DNA of 32,000 nt from Rhodobacter capsulatus SB 1003 (GTDB lineage Bacteria; Pseudomonadota; Alphaproteobacteria; Rhodobacterales; Rhodobacteraceae). The first letter of the stretch is position 1. Every line of letters starts with the position of its first letter. The position numbers and the translations under genes are program-made. The notes beneath the pieces were generated by a model. The model made no database searches. It was not told the DNA's origin and saw only the letters and a list, made by a program, of their open reading frames with translations. The stretch spans positions 2,310,001 to 2,342,000 of the forward strand of contig NC_014034.1 in NCBI RefSeq assembly GCF_000021865.1, written 5' to 3'. Positions 1 to 6,956 of this stretch are shown piece by piece.

Positions 1-117
1 CGCATCCGCAAGGTCTTTGCCGAGGTGTTCTGGTCCTATCTGGTGCTGATCGACTCGCTGACGCTGGAAGACATGCTGGCGGCGGGCAATCCCGCGGCGA
101 AGCTGCTCGAAGACTGA
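1..117 (+). CDS. 3' end of an unidentified CDS (last 38 codons: ...RIRKVFAEVFWSYLVLIDSLTLEDMLAAGNPAAKLLED*), truncated by the window edge
   Basis: Frame 1 is open from base 1 to TGA at 115-117, with mostly G/C third positions. Product not recognised. Confidence 0.5.
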   Translation, partial: RIRKVFAEVFWSYLVLIDSLTLEDMLAAGNPAAKLLED

Positions 118-232
118 TTACCCCATATCGTCAATGCCTTGCGGGTCGATCTTCGGGTCGGCCCCTGGTTTTGCGCGGCGCGGCGCAGAAGATTCCCGCT
201 TAATCACGATGAAATAGAGCGTGATTATTCCC

Positions 233-260
233 TTGATATACACGACTTATGCGGTAGATT
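233..260 (+). promoter_or_regulatory. Candidate sigma70-type promoter for the small ORF at 302
   Basis: TTGATA (233-238) - 16 nt - TAGATT (255-260) in the only AT-rich stretch of this intergenic region. Confidence 0.3.
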
Positions 261-263
261 TTA

Positions 264-277
264 GGGAAGATCTTCCC
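264..277. promoter_or_regulatory. Perfect 14-bp palindrome GGGAAGATCTTCCC at the predicted transcription start (operator-like)
   Basis: Read directly from the sequence. It has no loop, so it looks more like a dimer-binding site than an RNA hairpin. Confidence 0.3.
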
Positions 278-301
278 GTGCCCCAAGGAAAGGAGCCCGC
301 C

Positions 302-517
302 ATGAGTACCGCCCTTGCCTTCGCCCCGCTGCCGCGTGCCGCCCTGCCGCCTCATCCGGCCGCGATGCCCGCCGAGCCGCCCATCGCGCTGAGCCTTGCG
401 CCGTCGCTGCGCCGGGCCTGGGCGGCGGTGCTGCGCAGCGCGCCGCCCTCGCATCTGCTGACCACGGCGATTCTGGCGCTGCTCTGGTCGGGCGTGTTCC
501 TGTGGCGCTTCGCCTGA
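302..517 (+). CDS. Small hypothetical protein (71 aa), Pro/Ala-rich N-terminal part and one C-terminal hydrophobic helix (LLTTAILALLWSGVFLWRF)
   Basis: ATG at 302 lies 6 nt after GGAAAGGAG (287-295). GC3 is high in this frame, while the opposite-strand ORFs are Arg-rich junk. A promoter-like TTGATA-N16-TAGATT lies upstream and a strong terminator downstream. The track ORF starts at 221, but that part is AT-rich and has no SD. Confidence 0.45.
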   Translation: MSTALAFAPLPRAALPPHPAAMPAEPPIALSLAPSLRRAWAAVLRSAPPSHLLTTAILALLWSGVFLWRFA

Positions 518-544
518 CCTGACGGACCCGAAGGACGGGCCTGA

Positions 545-587
545 AACGAAAAGGGGTGTGACGGGACCGCCGTCACACCCCTTTTTC
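545..587. terminator. Bidirectional intrinsic terminator between the small ORF (+) and zapA (-)
   Basis: Perfect 14-bp stem AAGGGGTGTGACGG (551-564) / CCGTCACACCCCTT (570-583) with a 5-nt loop. A T-run follows on the + strand, and AAACGAAAA on the + strand gives a T-run on the - strand. Confidence 0.85.
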
Positions 588-604
588 CGGGGCGAGGCAC
601 CGGC

Positions 605-988
605 TCAGCCGGCCGCGGCCTCTTCGACCCGGTCGGCCAGCGCCTCGGCGCGGGCGGCGATCTCGGCCAGGGTTTCGGTCACCGCCGCGGGCACCACCGG
701 CACCTCGATGCGGACCGGATGCGCCTTTGCCGCCGCCAGCTGCGATTCGAGCGCCTCGACCCGGGCGCTCAGCACCCGGACATTGTCCTCGGCCCCGGCG
801 GCCTTGTCGGCCAGCATCAGCCCCGCCATCAGCAGCATCCGCGCCTCGGGAATCCGGCCCAGCTGCTGCGAGAGCGACTGCGCCTCATTGTCGAGCATCG
901 CCGCCGCGGCGCGCAGATATTGTTCCTCGCCCTCCTGACAGGCCACGTCGAAATCGCGCCCGCCGATGGTGATGCGCAACTCAGCCAT
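605..988 (-). CDS. zapA: Cell division protein ZapA (Z-ring associated)
   Basis: N-terminus MAELRITIGGRDFDVACQEGEEQYLRAAAAMLD matches the alphaproteobacterial ZapA pattern (I.GR.y.v.C..GEE..L), followed by a coiled-coil tail. It overlaps the upstream DUF4164 gene by 8 nt. Confidence 0.85.
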   Translation of the reverse strand: MAELRITIGGRDFDVACQEGEEQYLRAAAAMLDNEAQSLSQQLGRIPEARMLLMAGLMLADKAAGAEDNVRVLSARVEALESQLAAAKAHPVRIEVPVVPAAVTETLAEIAARAEALADRVEEAAAG

Positions 989-1562
989 TGTCCGATCCCC
1001 CCGCCGGTTGTCCCTTCACATGCGCCGCCACGATCGGGGCCAGCCCGGTGACGATATCCGACAGCTCCGAGGCCTCCCAGGCCCGGGCCGCCCGCAGCGC
1101 CTCCAGCTCGGCCTGCATCGACAGGTTGACCAGGGCGGGATCGATCCGCCCTGCCCCGTCGATCAGCTGCCGGTTCACCTCGATCAGGTCGTTGTTCGCC
1201 CGCTTCAGCCGGTTCGCCTCGACCTGCACCGCCTCGAGCGCCCGCGTCGCCTGGCTGAGCCGCTTTTCCAGCGCGGCCAGCATGGTTTCCTGCTTTTCGC
1301 GGATCGCCAGAACCCGTTCGGTCAGCTGCGCGCTGGCCGCCCGTTCGGCCTCCAGTTCCGCCTGCAGCGCCAGCACCTCGGCCGAAGGCCCGGTGTCGAC
1401 GGGCGCCAGATCGACCGGCGCCACGGGATCGGGTTCCGGCGCAGGCGCCGCCGCCTGCGCGGCCAGAGCCGCCGCGCGCAGATCGCCCAGCGTCTCGACG
1501 CCGCGCCCGATGCGTTCCAGCGCAAAGGCGATGCGGCGCTCATATTCGGCCAGTTCGGTCAT
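981..1562 (-). CDS. Coiled-coil protein, DUF4164-like (the usual upstream partner of zapA in alphaproteobacteria)
   Basis: 193 aa, Ala/Glu/Leu-rich heptad-like sequence. GAGGA lies 4 nt upstream of the ATG at 1562. The stop overlaps the zapA start, which suggests translational coupling. Confidence 0.7.
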   Translation of the reverse strand: MTELAEYERRIAFALERIGRGVETLGDLRAAALAAQAAAPAPEPDPVAPVDLAPVDTGPSAEVLALQAELEAERAASAQLTERVLAIREKQETMLAALEKRLSQATRALEAVQVEANRLKRANNDLIEVNRQLIDGAGRIDPALVNLSMQAELEALRAARAWEASELSDIVTGLAPIVAAHVKGQPAGGSDNG

Positions 1563-1586
1563 GCCATCCTCGCTAACTGCCCTTGG

Positions 1587-1613
1587 TCTTCGTTCTTGTC
1601 GTTCGTCTCGTTC
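1587..1613 (-). repeat. Three tandem 9-nt units (minus strand GAACGAGAC GAACGACAA GAACGAAGA) just upstream of the DUF4164-zapA operon
   Basis: Read directly from the sequence. GAACGA recurs at exact 9-nt spacing. Confidence 0.8.
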
Positions 1614-1770
1614 ATCCGGTCGCCACCGTCAACACTCCGGCCCGGCCCGGGGCGCCCGCGCGGTGCGAAAAGGCGCCGCGGCGAATCGCATCCGCCCGGT
1701 GTCCCGCCCCATTCTAGCCGCTGCGTCGCGCTCCTCCCACCTTTTTGCATCAAGCACTTGGGAGCCAAGC

Positions 1771-1798
1771 TTGAATCTGCCCCGATCCCTGTTATCAC
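1771..1798 (+). promoter_or_regulatory. Candidate promoter for tkt
   Basis: TTGAAT (1771-1776) - 16 nt - TATCAC (1793-1798), 40 nt upstream of the ATG. Confidence 0.25.
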
Positions 1799-1837
1799 CG
1801 TCACCGAAGATTTCGGCGCAACAAAGGACGCACCCTC

Positions 1838-3856
1838 ATGGATCTCGCCGCTCTGCGGGCCAAGACCCCCGATCACTGGAAGCTTGCCACCGCGATCCGC
1901 GTGCTGGCGATCGATGCCGTGCAGGCGGCCAATTCGGGCCACCCCGGCATGCCGATGGGCATGGCCGATGTCGCCACGGTTCTGTTCCGCAACCACCTGA
2001 AATTCGACGCGAAAGCGCCGAACTGGGCGGATCGTGACCGGTTCGTGCTGTCGGCGGGCCATGGCTCGATGCTGCTTTATGCGCTGTTGCACCTGACCGG
2101 CTATGAACAGGCGACGCTCGACGAGGTGAAGAACTTCCGCCAATGGGGCGCGCGGATGGCGGGGCACCCGGAATATGGCCATCTGGAGGGGGTCGAGACC
2201 ACCACCGGCCCGCTGGGTCAGGGGATCTCGACCGCCGTCGGCATGGCGATTGCGGAAAAATCCATGGCGGCGCGGTTCGGCAAGAAGCTGGTCGATCACA
2301 AGATCTGGGTCATCGCGGGCGACGGCTGTCTGATGGAGGGCATCAGCCAGGAGGCCATCGGTCTGGCGGGCAAGCAGGAGCTTGATAACCTGATCGTGCT
2401 TTGGGACAACAACAACATCACCATCGACGGCCGGGTGACGGTCTCCGACGTGACCGACCAGAAGGCGCGCTTTGCCGCCTCGGGCTGGGATGTGCTGTCC
2501 TGCGACGGCCATGACGCCGAAGACATCGACCGCGCGCTGACGGCGGCGAAAAAGGCCAAGCGTCCGGTGCTGGTCGATTGCAAGACGCTGATCGGTTTCG
2601 GCAGCCCGAACAAGGCCGACAGCTATGCGGTGCACGGCGCGCCGCTGGGCGATGCCGAAATCAAGCTGACCCGCGAGGCTTACGGCTGGGAGCATGGTCC
2701 CTTCGTGATCCCGGCCGAGATCAAGGCGGAATGGGAAGCGATCGGCGCCAAGGGCGCCGCGGAACGCGCCGAATGGGAGGCCCGTCTGGCCGCCCTGCCC
2801 GCGGGCAAGCGCGCCGAATTCGAACGCCAGATGGCCCGCGGTGTCGCGCCGAAACTGGCGGGCGCCATTCGCGCCTTCAAGAAGGCGCAATCGGAAGCCG
2901 CGCCGAAGGTTGCCACCCGCAAGGCCAGCGAAATGGTGCTGGCCGCGGTCAACCCGGTGGTGCCCGAAACCATCGGCGGCTCGGCCGACCTGACCGGCTC
3001 GAACCTGACGAAAACCTCGGATATCGAGGATTTCATGCCCGGCAACCACAAGGGCCGCTACATGCGCTACGGCATTCGCGAACATGCGATGGCGGCGGCG
3101 ATGAACGGCATGTGGCTGCATGGCGGCGTGCGGCCCTATGGCGGCACCTTCTTCTGCTTCACCGATTATGCGCGCGGCGCGATGCGGCTCTCGTCGCTGA
3201 TGGGCGTGCCCACCGTTTACGTCATGACCCATGACAGCATCGGTCTGGGCGAGGACGGCCCGACGCACCAGCCGGTCGAGCATCTGGCGATCTGCCGGGC
3301 GACGCCGAACACCTGGACCTTCCGCCCCGCCGATGTGATCGAGACCGCCGAAGCCTGGGAACTGGCGCTGTCGTCGGAACGCACGCCCTCGGTGCTGGCG
3401 CTGTCGCGGCAGAACCTGCCCACGCTGCGCACCAAGCACGAGGCGAAGAACCTGACCGCCAAGGGCGCCTATGTCATCGCCGAGGCCGAGGGCAAGCGCC
3501 AGGCGATCCTGATGGCGACCGGCTCCGAGGTCGAGATCGCGCTGAAGGCCCGTGCGCTGTTGCAGGCCGAAGCGATCGGCACCCGGGTCGTCTCGATGCC
3601 CTGCATGGAGCTTTTCGCGGCCCAGGACGAGGCTTACCGCAAGCGCATCCTGCCCGCGGGCGGCGTGCGCGTCGCGGTCGAGGCGGCGATCCGGCAGCCC
3701 TGGGACCGCTGGCTTCTGGGCGAGCGCGGGATGGAGCGCAAGGCGGGCTTCGTCGGCATGGAGGGCTTTGGCGCCTCGGCCCCGGCGGAACGGCTTTACG
3801 CCGAATTCGGGATCACCCCCGAGGCGATCGCCGCCAAGGTCAAGAGCCTGCTGTGA
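1838..3856 (+). CDS. tkt: Transketolase
   Basis: 672 aa with hallmark motifs: [16 protein letters not shown] (ThDP site), [30 protein letters not shown] lies about 10 nt upstream of the ATG. Confidence 0.97.
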   Translation: MDLAALRAKTPDHWKLATAIRVLAIDAVQAANSGHPGMPMGMADVATVLFRNHLKFDAKAPNWADRDRFVLSAGHGSMLLYALLHLTGYEQATLDEVKNFRQWGARMAGHPEYGHLEGVETTTGPLGQGISTAVGMAIAEKSMAARFGKKLVDHKIWVIAGDGCLMEGISQEAIGLAGKQELDNLIVLWDNNNITIDGRVTVSDVTDQKARFAASGWDVLSCDGHDAEDIDRALTAAKKAKRPVLVDCKTLIGFGSPNKADSYAVHGAPLGDAEIKLTREAYGWEHGPFVIPAEIKAEWEAIGAKGAAERAEWEARLAALPAGKRAEFERQMARGVAPKLAGAIRAFKKAQSEAAPKVATRKASEMVLAAVNPVVPETIGGSADLTGSNLTKTSDIEDFMPGNHKGRYMRYGIREHAMAAAMNGMWLHGGVRPYGGTFFCFTDYARGAMRLSSLMGVPTVYVMTHDSIGLGEDGPTHQPVEHLAICRATPNTWTFRPADVIETAEAWELALSSERTPSVLALSRQNLPTLRTKHEAKNLTAKGAYVIAEAEGKRQAILMATGSEVEIALKARALLQAEAIGTRVVSMPCMELFAAQDEAYRKRILPAGGVRVAVEAAIRQPWDRWLLGERGMERKAGFVGMEGFGASAPAERLYAEFGITPEAIAAKVKSLL

Positions 3857-4809
3857 GCGATCTGCGCGACACGGCGACGGGACAAGCGGGGGGGCCGGAG
3901 ACGGCCCCCTCCTCCGTTCGGCTGGCGGCCGAGGCGAAGGCCAAGGCCACGGCGCAGGGCATCGGGCTTTTCCTGCTGGCGCTGATGCTTTTCGGGCTGA
4001 TGGATGTGGCGGCGAAGAAACTGGCGCAGGATTACCCGCCTGCGATGGTGGTCTGGGCGCGGTTCGCGGTCAATCTGGCGCTGGTGACGCTGCTCTTTCG
4101 CGGCAAGCTGGCGACGCTCGTGCGCTCGCAGCAGCCGGGGCTGCAATTCCTGCGCGGCTGTTTCCAGATGGGCACGGTGGCGCTCTTCTTCATCGCGATC
4201 CGTTATATCGGGCTGGCCGATGCGGCGGCGCTGGGGGCGCTCTCGCCGGTGCTGATCACGCTGGGCGCCGCGCTGTTTCTGGGCGAGAAACTGGGCGCGG
4301 GGCGGATCATCGGCATCGTCGCGGCCTTCACCGGCGCGCTGATCGTGCTGCGCCCGGGCGCGGGCGTGATGCATCCGGCGGCGATCCTGGCGCTTCTGGC
4401 CTGTTTCACCTATGCGGGCGGCGCGCTGTTGACGCGGGTGGTGCGGTTCGATTCCACCGCCACCTCGGTCCTGTGGTCGGCGATGGTCGGCACCGGGCTG
4501 TCCTCGCTGGCGCTGCCCTTCTTCTGGCAGGAGGTGGCGCCCATTGACCTGCCGCTGTTTTTGGCCGTCGGCGCGCTGGGCGCCGTGGGGCAAGCCGCGC
4601 TGATCGTTGCCTTTCGCAAGGCCGAGGCCGGCTCGATCGCGCCTTTCGGCTATTCCGATCTGATCTTCTCGGGGCTCTGGGGCTGGGCGTTCTTCGCGCA
4701 ACTCCCGGATTTCTATACGGTTATCGGCGCCCTTGTGATCGCGGCGGCGGGTGTCTATGTCTGGTCGCGCGAGCGGGCAGAGGCCCGCGCCCCCGCAAGC
4801 AACGAGTGA
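3853..4809 (+). CDS. EamA/DMT-family (drug/metabolite) transporter
   Basis: About 10 predicted hydrophobic segments and two EamA-like halves. The GTG start overlaps the tkt stop (GTGA). The exact start is uncertain because internal ATG codons follow. Confidence 0.85.
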   Translation: MSDLRDTATGQAGGPETAPSSVRLAAEAKAKATAQGIGLFLLALMLFGLMDVAAKKLAQDYPPAMVVWARFAVNLALVTLLFRGKLATLVRSQQPGLQFLRGCFQMGTVALFFIAIRYIGLADAAALGALSPVLITLGAALFLGEKLGAGRIIGIVAAFTGALIVLRPGAGVMHPAAILALLACFTYAGGALLTRVVRFDSTATSVLWSAMVGTGLSSLALPFFWQEVAPIDLPLFLAVGALGAVGQAALIVAFRKAEAGSIAPFGYSDLIFSGLWGWAFFAQLPDFYTVIGALVIAAAGVYVWSRERAEARAPASNE

Positions 4810-5699
4810 CGAAGATGTCCGAAGACGACGGCTTTCCCCGGCAACGGCTGCGCGATCTGCTTTCGGCGCAGGCCTTTGGCGCGACGGTCCGGGTGCTGGG
4901 GCTTCTGCCCTATCGGCCGCGCGTCGCGCTCTCGGGGCGGTTCTTTGCCGAGGTGGTGGCGCCCTTGGCGGGCTGGCGCAAGCGCATCCGCGCCAATCTG
5001 GCCATCGCCCTGCCCGATCTGCCCGCAGCCGAGGTCGAGCGTCTGGTCCGCGCCGTGCCCGACAATGTCGGCCGGACGCTGGCCGAGATCTTTTCGGGGC
5101 CGGACTTCGTCGCGCGCTGCCGCGATCTGCCGCTCACCGGCCCCGGCGCGGCGCTGTTGGAACAGCGCAACGCCGAGGGCAAGGGCGTCGTCCTCGTCTC
5201 GGGGCATTTCGGCAATTACGATGTCTTTCGCGGCGGGCTGGTCGGGCGCGGCTACCGGATGGGCGCGCTTTACCGGCCGATGGACAACCGCGCCTTCAAC
5301 ACCCGCTACATCGCCGCGATCGAGCGCATCGCCAAGCCGCTGTTCCCGCGCAACCGCCGCGGCATGGCGCAGATGATGCGCTTTTTGCAAGACGGCGGGA
5401 TGATCGGCCTGGCGATCGATCAATATCTGAGTTCCGGCGCCGATCTGACCTTTTTCGGCCGCAAGGCCCGCACCGCGCTTTCCGCGGCGGATATCGCGCT
5501 GCGTTACGACGTGCCGCTGATCCCGATCTTCGCCACCCGTCAGCCCGACGGCTTCAGCTTCGTGATCGAGGTCGAAGACCCGATCCCGCCCGCCACGCCC
5601 GAGGCGATGTGTCAGGAGTTCAACGACCGGCTGGAGGCGCGGGTGCGCGCCCATCCCGGGCAATGGTTCTGGATTCACCGGCGCTGGAAGAACCTGTAG
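4806..5699 (+). CDS. Lysophospholipid/lipid A (LpxL/HtrB-type) acyltransferase family protein
   Basis: SGHFGNYD (the H-x4-D acyltransferase motif) and a C-terminal HPGQWFWIHRRWK typical of the LpxL/HtrB family. GTG at 4806 overlaps the EamA stop (GTGA); an alternative ATG lies at 4815. Confidence 0.8.
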   Translation: MTKMSEDDGFPRQRLRDLLSAQAFGATVRVLGLLPYRPRVALSGRFFAEVVAPLAGWRKRIRANLAIALPDLPAAEVERLVRAVPDNVGRTLAEIFSGPDFVARCRDLPLTGPGAALLEQRNAEGKGVVLVSGHFGNYDVFRGGLVGRGYRMGALYRPMDNRAFNTRYIAAIERIAKPLFPRNRRGMAQMMRFLQDGGMIGLAIDQYLSSGADLTFFGRKARTALSAADIALRYDVPLIPIFATRQPDGFSFVIEVEDPIPPATPEAMCQEFNDRLEARVRAHPGQWFWIHRRWKNL

Positions 5700-5708
5700 G
5701 GCGGCCGC

Positions 5709-6692
5709 TCAGCGCAGCCAGCCCGCCGCCAGAATCGCGCCCGGCAGCGGCACGGTCTTGCCCGGCAACGCGGTCTGCACGATCACCACCGCCGGATCCT
5801 CGCCCTCGATCTTCGCATTCAGCCGCACCGGGGTCTTGCCGTCCCAATCGGCGACCGCATGCCAGGCCGTCACCACATTGGCGAAATCCAGCACCTGACC
5901 GGCGTTTTCGCCGCGCAGGATCTCGACCCGGGCCTGCGGCACGTAGCGCACGATCTGCACCACGGATTTCTGCTTGAGCGGACGGGGCGCCGACAGATCG
6001 ATGGCGAACTGCCCCGGCTCGGCACCGCGGCTGACCGTCATCGCGACGACCGGCGGCACGGCGGCGGCCGTGGCGATGGCGGCGTCCAGCTCGGGATCGG
6101 CGGGCGAGACCAGCGATTGCGTGCCCGCTACGATCACCTGCGGCGTGTAAAGCGTGCGCAGACCGGCGGCACGGGCATAGGCCTTTTGCCGCGCGGTGAA
6201 GGCGGGCTGGGCAAAGGGATCTTCCCAGCCCAGATAATCCCAGTAATCGACATGCAGCGACAGGGCGAGCACATCGGGCCGCGCCGCCACCTTGGCCAGC
6301 GCCGCATCGGCGGGCGGACAGGCCGAACAGCCCTGCGAGGTGAAAAGCTCGACCACCACCGGCGAGGGCGCGGGCGCCGCCGCGGGCGCGATCAGCGCAT
6401 TCGTCTGCGGTTTTGCCCCCGTCTGCCCGATCGCGCGTTCCAGCGCCCGGTTCAGCGTCTCGACCAGCGAGGCCCCCGGCAGCGATCCGGGCGCGGGGGC
6501 CGAAAGCTCGGCCTGGACCAGACGGCCATCGCCCGCCTGCGCGGGCGGCAAGGGCGCCGGGCCGGAGCCGCCGAGAAAGGCACCGCCATAGGGGCTTGCG
6601 GCCCCGGCCGGGCCTGCGCCAAAGCCCCCCGTCGGTCCTGCCTGCCCCCATGCCACCATGGGAGCAACGGCAAGAAAGCCCGACAGGATCAT
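5709..6692 (-). CDS. DUF1223 (thioredoxin-like, secreted) protein with an extended Gly/Pro/Ala-rich N-terminal linker
   Basis: VVVELFTSQGCSACPPAD ... HVDYWDYLGWEDPF is the DUF1223 signature. The N-terminus MILSGFLAVAPMVAWG looks like a signal peptide. The SD is poor (GAAGG only 1-2 nt from the ATG), so the start is not certain. Confidence 0.8.
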   Translation of the reverse strand: MILSGFLAVAPMVAWGQAGPTGGFGAGPAGAASPYGGAFLGGSGPAPLPPAQAGDGRLVQAELSAPAPGSLPGASLVETLNRALERAIGQTGAKPQTNALIAPAAAPAPSPVVVELFTSQGCSACPPADAALAKVAARPDVLALSLHVDYWDYLGWEDPFAQPAFTARQKAYARAAGLRTLYTPQVIVAGTQSLVSPADPELDAAIATAAAVPPVVAMTVSRGAEPGQFAIDLSAPRPLKQKSVVQIVRYVPQARVEILRGENAGQVLDFANVVTAWHAVADWDGKTPVRLNAKIEGEDPAVVIVQTALPGKTVPLPGAILAAGWLR

Positions 6693-6956
6693 GCCTTCAA
6701 TCCCGGCGCTGAAGGGTCGCGCGTGCCATGATGCCTCGCTCTTACTGCAGCCCCCCTCCTAAACCGGCGCCGCGCGCAGGGCCAATCAAGGTTTTGCGAT
6801 GATGCCTGCCGGTTGCAGTGCGACGCAGCGTCGCGGCGGCTGCGGCAAAATCGGTGTGCAATGGTATACAAAAATGCAGAGCCCCCCTTGAACGACTCCG
6901 CCGCATCGGGCAAACACGCGATAACGCATTCTTTCAGCCATGGGAGGCCCACCCAG

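Noticed and set aside
118-604. Looked for a 6S RNA (ssrS) downstream of zapA, as in the E. coli zapA-ssrS arrangement
   Set aside because: zapA is followed immediately by a strong bidirectional terminator. The region beyond it is occupied by a + strand ORF with coding-like GC3. I could not trace a 6S-type long closing stem with a central bubble by eye. An Infernal scan with the 6S model (RF00013) would be decisive.
6820-6834. 15-bp palindrome GCGACGCaGCGTCGC in the DUF1223/acnA divergent region, considered as an iron or redox regulator operator
   Set aside because: It is pure GC-rich sequence of a kind that arises often in this genome. It has no resemblance to the Fur, Irr or IscR-type boxes I can recall, and I could not place a convincing promoter nearby.
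6813-6956. 48-codon N-terminal extension of acnA in the track ORF, and a 6-codon uORF (ATG 6940 ... TGA 6958-6960) overlapping the acnA ATG
   Set aside because: The extension has no SD and no similarity to aconitase N-termini, while GGGAGG sits correctly before the ATG at 6957. The mini-uORF is essentially the SD region read in another frame, so it is most likely coincidental.
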